The notes: generated from the letters alone by a model not told the origin. A stretch of 64,000 nt of DNA from Desulfobacterales bacterium (GCA_963674755.2 CAXXVS010000002.1:1632001-1696000), one strand, 5' to 3'. Positions 1-10,799 are shown, counted from the stretch's first letter. Numbers and translations are program-made.

Positions 1-1
1 C

Positions 2-307
2 AGCGGCAAGAAGCCGGAAGCGGTGGGCACGGCCCGCATCGTCAAGACCGGCTATCCCGACCACACGGCCCAGGACCCCAAGAACAACCACTACGATCCC
101 AAAAGTTCGCCGGACAATCCCATCTGGTACATGGTGGACATCCAGTTCGAATCGGAATTCAAGACCCCCCTCCCCCTCAAGGAACTGCGGGAAGTTCCGG
201 CCCTGAAAGACATGACCCTCCTGCGCCGCGGCAACCGCCTTTCGGTCATGCCGGTCACCAAGAAGGAATTCGATACCATCGTCAAAATGGGAAGTAAAAA
301 GAGCTGA
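2..307 (+). CDS. EVE domain-containing protein (5' truncated by window)
   Basis: Motifs YPDHTAQDP..HYDPKS..PIWYMVD and RLSVMPV typical of the EVE family; frame open to window edge. Confidence 0.85.
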   Translation, partial: SGKKPEAVGTARIVKTGYPDHTAQDPKNNHYDPKSSPDNPIWYMVDIQFESEFKTPLPLKELREVPALKDMTLLRRGNRLSVMPVTKKEFDTIVKMGSKKS

Positions 308-343
308 TCCATCGATATCCCATGTTCGGGTAAATGGACAAAG

Positions 344-372
344 AAGGGCACGCCATCAAGGCGTGCCCTTTA
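344..372. terminator. Hairpin between convergent genes, probable bidirectional terminator
   Basis: AAGGGCACGCC-ATCAA-GGCGTGCCCTT. Confidence 0.6.
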
Positions 373-399
373 TTATATCCGCTGCCGAGGCAGCGGATA

Positions 400-2100
400 T
401 TAGGGATTCATCTCATAGGAGTCCGCCAGCGTCAGCACATCATTCTGCCACACCCGCTGGAAGCGCGCCTCGTCCACCACCGGCTTGCGGATCATCTTGA
501 GGCAACCTTCCATCTGGGCGTCCGTACTGCTGGTCTTGGAGTAGAGCTGCAGGGCGAACTTGGCGAAATCCCGCACCATGAAATCGAAGATCTGTTCCAG
601 CAGATCCGCCCCCAGTCCTTCCAGGTTCCATTTCTCGATGATGAGCTGACCGTAGGCCACCAGGGTGAAGAGCTCGCCCAGGCACAGCAGGAAATCGATG
701 TCCCGGGCCTGCTCCTTGCTGGGCGGCGCCGTCATGAGCAGGGTCTTGAGGGCCTCGATCTGCTCCTTGAAGATGGTCACGTTGGGGGACGACACACTGC
801 CGTAGGCCGCCATGAAGTCGTGGAACTGGATCTTGCCCAGCCCCCGGGTGGGCCCCTGGTCGAAGAGAAAGGCGTCGTGGGCCGCATCCGTGCGGACCGG
901 GATGTCCGGAAACGTGCCCGGATTGAAGAAGTAGTTGGCCATGAACTTCACGATCAGGGCCATGTTGACATGCACGGTCCCCTCGAGCTTGGGCAGGGCC
1001 CTGATATCCCGGGCCGCCATCTCGAAATAGGCGTCCTTCTCGAAGCCCCGGGCCGCGATGACATCCCACAGGAGATTGATCACCTCCTCCCCCTGGGTGG
1101 TGACCTTCATCTTCACCATGGGATTGAAAAGCAGGTAGCGCCGATCTTCCCGGGAGGCCGAGCGCATGTAGTCGATGGACCGGGCGGCGAATACCCGCAT
1201 GGCCGCCAGGCGGGCATAGGCGTCGGTCATCATCTGCTGGATGTGGGGGAATTCGGTGACGAATTTGCCGTACAGGTTGCGGTGGGCGGCATGGTTGATG
1301 GCCTCGTAGAAGGCGTGGGTGCAGATGCCGATGGAGGCCCAGCCCAGGTTGAACTTGCCCACGTTGACCGTGTTGAGGGCCGCGTCCCAGGCCTCCTGCC
1401 CGCTGGAGAGGATCTCGCCGTCCGTGATGGGATAGCCGCTCAGGGCGTATTCGGCCACGAACATCTGGGAGTTGACGATGTTTTTCACCAGCTCGAAATG
1501 CTCATCCTTGGTTTGGACGGCAAACCAGACATAGTCGTCCGTTTCGGAGTTCTTGCCGAAGGTGGACAGCAGGGCCGCCTCATTGCCGTTGCCGATGTAA
1601 TACTTCCCGCCGTCGGCCACATAACTTCCCTCCCCCAGCGGCGTCAGCATCATCTCGGAAGAATACAAATCCGCCCCGTGGGCCTTCTCGGACAGCCCGA
1701 AGCCGAAGATCCCGCCCTCTTGCAGGAGTTTGCCGGTTTTCTCCCGGATCGATTTGTTGGGGCTCATCCAGATGGGCCCCAGCCCCAGGATGGTCACCTG
1801 CCAGGTGTACCAGTAGGCCAGCCCGTAAAAGCCCAAAATCTCGTTGAACACGCAGTTGCGGTAGGTGTCCCAGCGGGCGTCCGGGTTGTCCCCCGCAAAT
1901 TCGGGCGGGGTCAGCAGGGTGGCGAACACCTGGTTTTCCTTGACGAACTCCAGGAAATCCGCGTACCAGCGCCGTTCGTGGTCGTCCTCCTTGAGTTGGG
2001 CCTTGCCCTTGGCCTCGAAGAATTCAATAGTCTTGGCCATGATCTCCCTGGACCGGGCGTCCAGATGGTCGAAGCGCTCTTTGCGGGGATTGAATAACAT
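400..2100 (-). CDS. Acyl-CoA dehydrogenase
   Basis: FGLSEKAHGAD, GGKYYIGNG and KLEGT motifs; GAGGAGG RBS. Confidence 0.9.
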   Translation of the reverse strand: MLFNPRKERFDHLDARSREIMAKTIEFFEAKGKAQLKEDDHERRWYADFLEFVKENQVFATLLTPPEFAGDNPDARWDTYRNCVFNEILGFYGLAYWYTWQVTILGLGPIWMSPNKSIREKTGKLLQEGGIFGFGLSEKAHGADLYSSEMMLTPLGEGSYVADGGKYYIGNGNEAALLSTFGKNSETDDYVWFAVQTKDEHFELVKNIVNSQMFVAEYALSGYPITDGEILSSGQEAWDAALNTVNVGKFNLGWASIGICTHAFYEAINHAAHRNLYGKFVTEFPHIQQMMTDAYARLAAMRVFAARSIDYMRSASREDRRYLLFNPMVKMKVTTQGEEVINLLWDVIAARGFEKDAYFEMAARDIRALPKLEGTVHVNMALIVKFMANYFFNPGTFPDIPVRTDAAHDAFLFDQGPTRGLGKIQFHDFMAAYGSVSSPNVTIFKEQIEALKTLLMTAPPSKEQARDIDFLLCLGELFTLVAYGQLIIEKWNLEGLGADLLEQIFDFMVRDFAKFALQLYSKTSSTDAQMEGCLKMIRKPVVDEARFQRVWQNDVLTLADSYEMNP

Positions 2101-2305
2101 GGTCTTCCTCCTCGTTGGCCGGCCGTTAAATAGTCTTGAGTGACTATTATGTCTGATGGCGGCTTTTGTTGTTTGTATACTAACATCTGGGTTGCTGTTT
2201 TACGGAACCGCATTAACCATAGAATTCGGCTTTATAACCAGCCCGATTAAGGCCGCCGCCTTTTAAAGCCGATATCATACTGTTTTTTTGGGTTTCGTTG
2301 TTCAC

Positions 2306-2503
2306 CCCTTTGTCCCGCGCCGAGCATCGGTGTGGAGGTCGGATTAAAGCGCGCGGACTGCCTGTCCGCCGAAGGCTTGTCGCAGGCGGGTCTGAGCGAA
2401 GCGAGTTTCCGCGTGCTCCGGCCGTAGCGACGACGCGCAGGATTAAGCGGGACACGGGCGTTTTCTTTTGGTTCGTTTTCTTTTCACGCGAAAGAAAATG
2501 AAC
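2306..2503 (+). repeat. Structured 170-200-bp intergenic repeat, copy A
   Basis: CCCTTTGTCCCGCGCCGAGCATC...GCGGGACACGGG plus terminal hairpin TTTTCTT..AAGAAAA; recurs at 28309, 30611, 47127, 50868 and 56037. Confidence 0.9.
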
Positions 2504-2581
2504 ATACGGCGATAGGGATAAAGTGCCCAAAAGTACCGCCATTCGCAGATTGCCACTAATGGTGGATAATATCGATCAAAG

Positions 2582-3010
2582 TCAGCTAATCATGAGATCG
2601 TACAAGAACCGTTTCAGCAACACCTGCTCCTCCAGGCTGAAACCGGCCAGGAGCGCCTCGTTGGCCTTCTGCCGCAGGGCGATCAGCTCCGCTTTCTGCT
2701 CATCGGCCTTGGCGGCCGTAAACAGGCGCACCACCCGCCGGTCGTCGGGATCGGGCCGCTTCTCGATCCAGCCGGCCTCGGCCATGCGGTCCAGCACCCC
2801 GGACAGGGTGGCCTTGTCCATCACCAACAGCTTGCCCAGTTCGGCTGCGGTCTGCCCGGCTTCATGCCAGAGACCCTCTAACACGAGATGCTGCAAATTG
2901 GTCAGCCCGTATGGCTTCAACACCTCCTTGAAGCGCCCGTGGGCCTTCTGGTAGGCCTTGGCCAGCAGGAAAATGGTGCAGTCCGGCAACGGCTTGTTGG
3001 TCTTGGTCAT
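2582..3010 (-). CDS. MarR family transcriptional regulator
   Basis: DKATLSGVLDRM and DPDDRRVVRL winged-helix motifs. Confidence 0.9.
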   Translation of the reverse strand: MTKTNKPLPDCTIFLLAKAYQKAHGRFKEVLKPYGLTNLQHLVLEGLWHEAGQTAAELGKLLVMDKATLSGVLDRMAEAGWIEKRPDPDDRRVVRLFTAAKADEQKAELIALRQKANEALLAGFSLEEQVLLKRFLYDLMIS

Positions 3011-3021
3011 ACCCTATTCCC

Positions 3022-3033
3022 TTCGTATACGAA
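3022..3033. promoter_or_regulatory. Probable MarR operator
   Basis: Perfect palindrome TTCGTATACGAA 12 bp upstream of the marR start. Confidence 0.5.
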
Positions 3034-3186
3034 CAATTATCCGCAGGCGCCATTTTTGTCAAGTATATCCTATGAAATTCACTATCGAGGCGTCTGGATT
3101 GCGGTGAGATTTTGCGACTGGTCAGCTAACGCCCGTCGTCTTTTATAGAAGCTGATCATATGGAAAAGCTTCTAATGTAATCCCGC

Positions 3187-4155
3187 TCAACGAAAACCGT
3201 AGCGGGCGGTCCGCTTATCGCCGGTTTTTTTGAGAAACTTCGTTTGAACGCCGAACTGGAGATCACGGCTGGCCGTGGCGGTGGAAATGGTTTTGAAAAT
3301 GGAAAGGTAGTCTTTTCGGGTGAACGATTGATGGCCGAGGGTACCTTTGGCCAGTTCAAGTCGGGCCGAGGTGTCGAGGGAGATGGGGCCTGCTTGCTGT
3401 ATGAGCTCGTCTAATGATGCGCTGATCAGCGCCAGCATCAGGACCACAAAGCCCGTGCAGTCGCCGGTGTCGTCGCCGGCCGCCAGGTCACGATAATAGT
3501 CCTGCTGGTGTTCTTTGATGTATTCTTCAACGGGCAGAAATTCGAACACGGGATGATACCGCATCAGAAGCAGGGTTTGCCAGAGCCGGCCCATACGTCC
3601 GTTGCCATCCATGAACGGATGAATGAATTCGAGCTGGTAATGGAAGCGGCAGGACTGAACCAGCAGGTGATCGTCCGTCGTCCCGAGATAGTCGAAAAGA
3701 GCCTGGACCATTGGCGCCACTTCCCGCCAGGGGGGGGCTTCATGGAAACGATTTCCCGGGCGGAGAACCCCTATCGGTCCTTTTCGGAAAGCGCCGGCCG
3801 ACGGTATCAGCCCTTCCATCATGATCTGGTGGGCGTTTAAAAGCGCATCGACAGAGATAGGATCGAATGCGGCCAGCCGGTTATAAACGGCAATGGCATT
3901 CTGAACTTCCAGGATATCCTGGCGGGGACCGATGACACGTTTGCGATCGATCAGCGCGGTCACCTGATCGCGCGTAAGCGAATTGCCCTCGATGGACAGG
4001 GAGGCCTGGATGGTCTGGATGCGATTTTTCCTGCGAAGTTTTGGAGCGGGCCGTTGAAGGTTGATCCCTTCCAATTGACCGATTCGTTTGGCGATATCCG
4101 TCAATCGCTGAATGACATGGGCCGTTGCGCGAAAATGGGATAAGGTCTGTTCCAT
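3187..4155 (-). CDS. Fic family protein with C-terminal HTH (start uncertain, 4155-4191)
   Basis: HPFMDGNGRMGR Fic motif; SLSIEGN motif; C-terminal STATASRDL HTH-like segment. Confidence 0.9.
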   Translation of the reverse strand: MEQTLSHFRATAHVIQRLTDIAKRIGQLEGINLQRPAPKLRRKNRIQTIQASLSIEGNSLTRDQVTALIDRKRVIGPRQDILEVQNAIAVYNRLAAFDPISVDALLNAHQIMMEGLIPSAGAFRKGPIGVLRPGNRFHEAPPWREVAPMVQALFDYLGTTDDHLLVQSCRFHYQLEFIHPFMDGNGRMGRLWQTLLLMRYHPVFEFLPVEEYIKEHQQDYYRDLAAGDDTGDCTGFVVLMLALISASLDELIQQAGPISLDTSARLELAKGTLGHQSFTRKDYLSIFKTISTATASRDLQFGVQTKFLKKTGDKRTARYGFR

Positions 4156-4157
4156 AC

Positions 4158-4187
4158 TCATGATAGTATCATACGATACTATCATGA
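4158..4187. promoter_or_regulatory. 13-bp inverted repeat at the fic start, probable operator
   Basis: TCATGATAGTATC-ATAC-GATACTATCATGA. Confidence 0.5.
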
Positions 4188-4266
4188 TCAAGGGAAGCTA
4201 AAAATCGCTCGGGCAAAGAGGGGCAAATTGCGGTGGGAATTTGCTGTCCTGTTAGTCAAAGGCCCC

Positions 4267-5178
4267 TCATTTCTTATGCCAAGCCCCTTTATACTGATTG
4301 CCAGATGGAGGGGTGCCCCGAAGCTCTTTGGAGAACTGACAGTCCTCGATACTCAGCGGGTCCTTGCGGTTAAGCCTGATGAGGGCCTGCACGATGTCCT
4401 CACTCAGCACCCCCCGGCCAGCCTGTTGACTCAGCGTTTCCAGCGCCGTTCGTAAATCATAGGACTGGGCTCTGTAGGGACGTCTGGTGATGAGGGCATC
4501 AAACACATCGCTTACGCCAACGATCTCGACAAGTTTGTTTTCCAGCCTGATCCCGCGCGGATATCCGCTGCCGTCCCGCCTTTCGTGATGATCCCGGGCC
4601 GTGACGGCCGCAGGGTGGTCAGGGTCCTGCAAATAATAGCTCAACAGCACATAGCCGGCGGCGACATGATGACTCAACTGCTGCCGCTCTTGTTCGTTCA
4701 GAGGTGATGACTTCTTGAGGACGGTCATGGGGACGCATATTTTACCGAGATCGTGATTGGACGCTGACAACAACTCCATGGCAAGTTCGCTGCGGCTTTC
4801 AATGAGGTCTTGGGCCAGCAGCAATGAAAGGGCGAAAACGGTCAGGATATGACGGTATGTGTAGGGATCGCGCGTGTTAAAATAATCGTAGATGTCAAGC
4901 AGCGGTTTAACCAGTTGCACCTGCTGCAAATGGTCAAATACGTCCTGTTTTCGTGCGCGATCGGAAAAAATCCGGTTGTAGGGCGGCGTATTGCAGATGC
5001 GTTCAAGATCGATGGCGATTGTGCCGTGTGTCAATAAAGGCCGTGTCGCAAGCGTATGGTTTTGGGACGCACGAACTAAGCGATCCATTGCATCGGTTGT
5101 CAGAAAGGTACCGGCGGGAAGCAATTCTTCATCATCGAGGGTTGTTACCGGGTAATGCAACTCTATAGGGCGGTCCAT
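4267..5178 (-). CDS. HD-GYP domain protein
   Basis: HDLGK, HHERRDGSGYP, DVFDALITRRPY. Confidence 0.9.
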   Translation of the reverse strand: MDRPIELHYPVTTLDDEELLPAGTFLTTDAMDRLVRASQNHTLATRPLLTHGTIAIDLERICNTPPYNRIFSDRARKQDVFDHLQQVQLVKPLLDIYDYFNTRDPYTYRHILTVFALSLLLAQDLIESRSELAMELLSASNHDLGKICVPMTVLKKSSPLNEQERQQLSHHVAAGYVLLSYYLQDPDHPAAVTARDHHERRDGSGYPRGIRLENKLVEIVGVSDVFDALITRRPYRAQSYDLRTALETLSQQAGRGVLSEDIVQALIRLNRKDPLSIEDCQFSKELRGTPPSGNQYKGAWHKK

Positions 5179-5444
5179 AACCAGATCCAGTAAGGCAGGC
5201 TGTTAATCATAACCGCGTGCGTGTCAGGACAAGTTAAGGCCAATTATCGTTTTTTGTCAACGGATTTGGGTTGGCAGGATGCCGCAATCTTTTTGATATC
5301 TTGACCTTTTTTTCAACTGGGCCGCCTGAGGCGTCGAATCCATGGAAGACTCGGGCCGCCTCCGGTAGAGGATTGGGAATGCCGCAACAAATGTCATCAA
5401 GCGCCAGGTCGTAATGCGTTTCAAGTGCTGGGGCAATCTTTCCT

Positions 5445-8400
5445 TCAAGGCCCGGCTGACGGCCGGGACGCCCGGCGCTGCCAGCTCTCGTAGACCAGCG
5501 GAATAACGATCAGGGTCAGCATGGTCGAGGCCAGCGTCCCGAAAATCAGGGAAATGGCCAGCCCTCCGAAAACCGGATCCGTCACCATCACCGTCGAACC
5601 GAAGACAATGGCCAGCGCCGTGAGCAGAATCGGCCGGAACCTGACCGCCCCGGCTTCGGTTACGGCCTCTTCCAGGGAATAGCCCTGTTGGCGGTAATCC
5701 TGGATAAAGTCGATCAGAAGCAGGGAATTTCGCACCACAATCCCCGCCAGGGCAATGAAACCGATCATGGAGGTGGCATTGAAGGGCATGTTGAACAGCC
5801 AGTGGCCCGGAAACATGCCGATGAGGGTCAGGGGAATCGCTCCCATCACGATAACGGGCATCAGGAACGACTGGTAGTAGGCCACCAGGAGCAGGTAGAT
5901 GAACACCAGGGCCACGCAGAAGGCCGTGCCCAGATCCCGGAAGACATCCAGGGTGAGACGCATGTCGCCGCCCCAGAACACCTGGTAGCGGCTGACCCCT
6001 TCCGGCTCGGCGTCGAAAAACCCCAGGTTGCCCGTGGTGACCTGCACGCCGTTGGGCAATTGTTTCCCGTCGAGCAGGTGGTCCAGAACCAGGGCGGCAT
6101 ACTCGGGCGAGGATCCCATGAGGTCGCCCATCACATAGACCACCTGATGGCCGTTGCGGCTGAGGATGGGTTTGGCCTCCGGCAGACGGCGGATCCGCAC
6201 CACCGCGTCCAGCGGCACCTGGCGCCCCTGGGCATTGGTGACCGACAGGTCCAGAACCTGCCGGATCCAGGCCCGGTCCGCCTGATTCAGGCGCACGATG
6301 ATGTCCTCGGGTTCCACGCTGGGGCGGTAGACCGAGCCGATGGTGGCGCCGGTCACGGCCTCCCTCACGAGCCGGGCCACCTGGGCCGGCACCAGACCGG
6401 AGAGCATGGCCTTGCGCTGGTCCACCGCGATCCGATAGCTCGCATGGGTCGCGGTGACGGAGTCGTGAACGTCGATCATGCCGTAGACCTTCTTGAACGC
6501 TTCGGTGACGTAGCCCGCGCTCTGGCGCAGGGTGTCGTAATCCGGACCGTAGATCCGGGCCACCACCTGGGCGCGGGTCGGCGGACCCGGAGGGGTCAGG
6601 AAAAGCATGATGTGGGTTTGGGGGAAGCGTTCGCGCACCGGAGCCAGGGCCTGCCAGATCCCGGCGCCGACCTTTGCCGTATGGGGGCGCGACGCCTTGG
6701 GGACCAGGTTGACGACGATCTGGGCGATGTTGGCGCCACGGGCCATTTCATCCCCCCGCACCATGCCGGCAAAGGAGAGCGGACCGGTACGGCCCAGGTA
6801 GGTGACCAGGTGTTCCACATAGGGGTTTTGGGCCGTCACCTCCCCCACCGCCAGGGCCACGCGGTTCGTGGCCGGCAGGGCCGTGCCGGCCGGCGTCTGG
6901 ATCTGGATCGTCAGGGTGCTGACATTGCCGTCCGGGAGCATTTTGAAACTCACCCCCAGCAGGCTCTCCGGCCCGTTCATGCCCTGGGGCCGGATAAACT
7001 GCCAGAGGGGCATCAACAGGGAAGCGAACAGCAGCCCCAGGACGACGGCCAAAAAGATGGTGCGCTTGGCGGCGCTTTGCTGGAGGGGCCGGAACAGGGC
7101 CAGATAGATCCGCCGCAGGGGCTCCTGCGGGGCGGCCTCCGCCTCTTCCATGGCGGGCCGTTCCTGCGCTTCCTGGCGGGCCGCCGTGCTGCGCAGCCAG
7201 CGCAGGGCGATATAGGGCACCATGATGTCGGCCAGCATCAGCGAGGTGATCATGGCCACGGGCACATTCATAGGGATGGGCCGCATGAAGGGGCCCATCA
7301 TGCCGGTGACGAAGAGCATGGGGATAAAGGCCACGATCACCGTGAAGGTGGCCATGACGGTGGGGCTTCCGATCTCGTTGGTGGCCCGGACCACAAGGGC
7401 CCCGAAATCCTTGATGGATCGCGCCCGGTGGATGTGGCGGTGGATGTTTTCGATGACCACGATGCCGTCGTCCACCAGAAGTCCCAGGGAGAGAATCAGG
7501 GCGAAGAGGGTGATCCGGTTGATGGTCTGCCCCAGGATCATGCCGACCCCCAACACCACCGAAAGCGTCAGGGGCACCAGGAGCGTGACGATCGCGGCCT
7601 CCCGCCACCCCAGAAAGAACATCAGGATCACGAGCACCGATAACAGCGCGATGCCCAGGTGCTCGATCAGGGTGTTGACCGCCTCGTCGGCCCGCTGGCC
7701 GTAGTTGCGCGTAATGGTGACGTCGACGCCCTCGGGCAGGGCCTCGCGTTTGAGGGTGGCGAGCTTTTCCAGCAGGGCCCGGGCCACGGTCACGGAATTG
7801 GTCCCGGGCCGTTTTCCGATGGCGATGGTAACCGCATTGACCGGATCGCCGGCGGGCCGGCCGTTTTGGCCCCGGCCGAACGTGAGCCAGGCATGCTGTG
7901 CGGGTGTTTGCGGCCCCGTTTCGATGACGGCCACCTCTTTGAGCAGCACAGGCAGGTTGTTATGCACCCCGATCACGGCATCCCCCAGATCGTCCACCGA
8001 GGCGAAGGCCGCCCGGACCCGCAGGGGAATGCGTTCGTTTTGAGCCTCCAGATGACCGGCCGGAAGCACCACGTTGGCACCTTTGAGGGTTTCGATCAGC
8101 CGGTCGAGGGGGATGCCGGTGGCGGCCAGGCGTTGCGGCGCCACCAGGATCCTGACCGCCTGGGGCCGGGTCCCGATCACGTGGCTTATGCCGCTGTCGG
8201 GGATCGTGTGCAGCTGGGCCAGGAAATGTTCGGCGATCTGCCGCAGGCGCGTTTCCGTCGCGGAGCGGGAACTCAGGGTCACCGCCAGGATCGGCACGTC
8301 GTTGATGCCCATGCTTTTCACCAGCGGGGTCATGGTGCCGGGCGGCAGCCGGTCCATGTTGCGCTGGAGCTCGTTGTAGAGATACATGAGGCTCGCGATC

Positions 8401-8738
8401 TCGTCGGCCCCCACCTTGAACTGCACCATCACCACGCCCATGTCGTTGGCGGCGTAGCCGTAGGTGTGCTTGACCCCTTTCAGGGAGTGCATCAACTGCT
8501 CCAGGGGCCTGACGATCTGGGCCCGGATCTGGGCCGGCCCGTTGCCGGGACGGCTGACGATAATCTGGGCACCGGGGACCACGATCTCCGGGTTGTAAAG
8601 ACGGGGGGTGGTCAGGACGGCCAGAAGGCCGAACAGCACGATGGCCACGGCGATGAGCGGGGTGATCTTGGTGTGCAGAAAGATGTCGGCCAGCTTTCCG
8701 GAAAAATTCAGGCGCTCCGTCGCCGCGGGCGTCTTCAT
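5445..8738 (-). CDS. RND efflux transporter permease (AcrB/AcrD/AcrF family)
   Basis: 1097 aa; GLLVDDGIVVIENI and RFRPILLT motifs. Confidence 0.92.
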   Translation of the reverse strand: MKTPAATERLNFSGKLADIFLHTKITPLIAVAIVLFGLLAVLTTPRLYNPEIVVPGAQIIVSRPGNGPAQIRAQIVRPLEQLMHSLKGVKHTYGYAANDMGVVMVQFKVGADEIASLMYLYNELQRNMDRLPPGTMTPLVKSMGINDVPILAVTLSSRSATETRLRQIAEHFLAQLHTIPDSGISHVIGTRPQAVRILVAPQRLAATGIPLDRLIETLKGANVVLPAGHLEAQNERIPLRVRAAFASVDDLGDAVIGVHNNLPVLLKEVAVIETGPQTPAQHAWLTFGRGQNGRPAGDPVNAVTIAIGKRPGTNSVTVARALLEKLATLKREALPEGVDVTITRNYGQRADEAVNTLIEHLGIALLSVLVILMFFLGWREAAIVTLLVPLTLSVVLGVGMILGQTINRITLFALILSLGLLVDDGIVVIENIHRHIHRARSIKDFGALVVRATNEIGSPTVMATFTVIVAFIPMLFVTGMMGPFMRPIPMNVPVAMITSLMLADIMVPYIALRWLRSTAARQEAQERPAMEEAEAAPQEPLRRIYLALFRPLQQSAAKRTIFLAVVLGLLFASLLMPLWQFIRPQGMNGPESLLGVSFKMLPDGNVSTLTIQIQTPAGTALPATNRVALAVGEVTAQNPYVEHLVTYLGRTGPLSFAGMVRGDEMARGANIAQIVVNLVPKASRPHTAKVGAGIWQALAPVRERFPQTHIMLFLTPPGPPTRAQVVARIYGPDYDTLRQSAGYVTEAFKKVYGMIDVHDSVTATHASYRIAVDQRKAMLSGLVPAQVARLVREAVTGATIGSVYRPSVEPEDIIVRLNQADRAWIRQVLDLSVTNAQGRQVPLDAVVRIRRLPEAKPILSRNGHQVVYVMGDLMGSSPEYAALVLDHLLDGKQLPNGVQVTTGNLGFFDAEPEGVSRYQVFWGGDMRLTLDVFRDLGTAFCVALVFIYLLLVAYYQSFLMPVIVMGAIPLTLIGMFPGHWLFNMPFNATSMIGFIALAGIVVRNSLLLIDFIQDYRQQGYSLEEAVTEAGAVRFRPILLTALAIVFGSTVMVTDPVFGGLAISLIFGTLASTMLTLIVIPLVYESWQRRASRPSAGP

Positions 8739-9859
8739 GACCGGCCCTCGGCCCGCTCCCGGATGCGGACGCCGTTGGCCAGCGGCCCGCTTGCCGCGGT
8801 AATGAGGCGGTCGCCGGGAAAGAGGCCGCTCAGGATGACCGTCCCCTGGGCCATCCGCCGGCCCGGGGTGACCATCCGGAACCGGGCCCGATCCTGGTCG
8901 TCGACCACGAACACCCCGGTGATGCCGGCGCGCGTGTAAATCGCCCCGCTGGGCACCACGATGCCCGGCTGATCCCCCACCTGAACATTCACCGACGTAT
9001 ACTGGCCGCTGAACAGCCCCTCGTCTTCCGGAAGCCCGATTTTAACCAGATGGGTATGGGTCGCCGGATCGGCGGCCGCCACGAGGCGATCGACCGTCCC
9101 GGTTACCGTCCGCAGGCCGCCTTCCGGCCCTTCGAAATCGACGCGGATCGATTGGCCCAGGGCCAGATGGACAAAAGCCGGTTCGGATATCTGGGCTTTT
9201 ACCTGGAGGTGCACCGGGTCTTCCAGCACCAGCACGGGCACGCCGGGCGCGACCAGCTGCCCGTCGTCGACCGGTCTGGCCACCACCAGGCCGTCGAAGG
9301 GCGAGCGGACTTCGGCATACTTGATCTGGGTGCTCGCCGCAGCCAGGGCGGCTTCGGCAGCCTGGTATTCGCCCTGGGCCACGTGGTACGCCGTTTCCAT
9401 TTCCTGGAACCTTTCCTTGGTGGCCGCCTGTTGCCGATAGAGGTTTTGGTAGCGCTCGTAATTCTCACGGGCCCCGGCCAGCGCGGCTTTGGCCTTGGCC
9501 AGCCCGGCCTGGGCGCGGCGGATTTGGGCCTTTACCCCGGTGGGATCCACGGCGAAGAGAAACTGTCCCTTGGTGACCTTTTCGCCCTCATGAACCGCCA
9601 GCTTGCGGACATAGCCGCTCAGGCGGGAGGAAACCTCCACCCGGTCGCTGGAAACCACGCTGCCGGGAAACACGGCATAGACGGGCAGCCGAACGGAAGC
9701 GATGGTTTCGATCCGGGCCTCGATTGGCCGGCCCGCCTCCGGCGCGGCTTCCGGCGCTTCCTTGCTGCATCCGACGGCCAGACACGCCAGTAAAACCGCC
9801 GCAATCGATGTCATCCGCCGGCGCAACCCGCCGTCTCCGGAAATTTCGGTAGACCTCAT
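8735..9859 (-). CDS. RND efflux periplasmic adaptor subunit (lipoprotein)
   Basis: Lipobox LAVGC, VRSPFDG motif, coiled-coil hairpin; ATGA overlap with the permease. Confidence 0.9.
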   Translation of the reverse strand: MRSTEISGDGGLRRRMTSIAAVLLACLAVGCSKEAPEAAPEAGRPIEARIETIASVRLPVYAVFPGSVVSSDRVEVSSRLSGYVRKLAVHEGEKVTKGQFLFAVDPTGVKAQIRRAQAGLAKAKAALAGARENYERYQNLYRQQAATKERFQEMETAYHVAQGEYQAAEAALAAASTQIKYAEVRSPFDGLVVARPVDDGQLVAPGVPVLVLEDPVHLQVKAQISEPAFVHLALGQSIRVDFEGPEGGLRTVTGTVDRLVAAADPATHTHLVKIGLPEDEGLFSGQYTSVNVQVGDQPGIVVPSGAIYTRAGITGVFVVDDQDRARFRMVTPGRRMAQGTVILSGLFPGDRLITAASGPLANGVRIRERAEGRS

Positions 9860-10184
9860 CCGTCCAAATCCTCCCTGGGGGTCTCATCACCGGCGTCAGC
9901 GTGCCGGATCTTTGATGATGAAACGATTGACAGATCTCCGCCCGGCCAAATCCGGTATCGAAAACCAACCGGCGCGCTGCCGGTCGGATCATCAGGGGAT
10001 GGCCCTCGTTGGCCCGACATCGGCCAGGAAGCCGGCCATCGCCCTTCGCGGAAAACTAGCACATCCCGCAGGGCGTCGCCAATACAGGCTATTCCGTATT
10101 TTGCGACCTCAGGGATTGGGGAATATACGGGTAGGGTTGTTGACCGTCATCGCGCCCATTTGGAGCGAAGCGCCGGATCTAAAT

Positions 10185-10799
10185 TCAAACGTCGACCCCA
10201 TGCAGGATGAGCGATCCGGCGATGGTCCACATGGTGGCGCACACCAGGCTGTCGAGCACGCGCCAGGCCATGGGTTTCCGGAAAAGCGGGGCCAGCATCT
10301 GCCCCCCGAGGCTCAGGCTGAGAAACCATAGCGTGGAAGCGGATACGGCCCCCGTCCAGAAATACAGCCGGCTTTCCCCTTGGAATTGGCTGCTGACGCT
10401 GCCCAGGAGAACAACCGTATCCAGATAGAAATGCGGATTGAGCAGGGTAACCGCCAGGGTCGCGATGATGACGGCGCGCAATGACCCCACGGATGGGCTG
10501 GCGGCATCCAGACGCCCGCCCCTCAGCGCCGAACGAAGCGATCCCACCCCGTAAACAAACAGAAACCCGGCACCGCCCCAGGCCACCAGGCGCGACAGGA
10601 TGGCGCTGGCGGATATGGCCCTTCCAAAGCCGATCACGCCGGCCGTGATGAAGATAGCATCGCAGAGGATGCAGAGCACCGCAATGACAAGATGGTGATT
10701 CCGCCTGACCCCCTGGGACAGAACAAAGGCATTCTGGGCCCCGATGGCCACAATCAAGCCGCCCCCGGTACCAAAGCCCTGCAAAAATGGCGCGATCAT
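10185..10799 (-). CDS. argO: LysE/ArgO family amino acid exporter
   Basis: IVAIGAQNAFVLSQG and LNPHFYLDT motifs; divergent from ArgP. Confidence 0.88.
   Translation of the reverse strand: MIAPFLQGFGTGGGLIVAIGAQNAFVLSQGVRRNHHLVIAVLCILCDAIFITAGVIGFGRAISASAILSRLVAWGGAGFLFVYGVGSLRSALRGGRLDAASPSVGSLRAVIIATLAVTLLNPHFYLDTVVLLGSVSSQFQGESRLYFWTGAVSASTLWFLSLSLGGQMLAPLFRKPMAWRVLDSLVCATMWTIAGSLILHGVDV

Noticed and set aside
334..2097. Long antisense ORFs (e.g. 334-2097, 5688-7643, 13629-15173, 31785-33524, 44060-45850)
   Set aside because: Shadow frames of well-supported genes in GC-rich DNA; no recognisable motifs
2213..2542. Similar short ORFs containing LRVVATAGARGNS (also near 28.2-28.4, 30.6 and 50.8-51.1 kb)
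   Set aside because: Translations of the non-coding structured repeat; starts and stops are not conserved
9856..10062. Short ORF upstream of the RND adaptor
   Set aside because: No recognisable domain; cannot be supported as a gene
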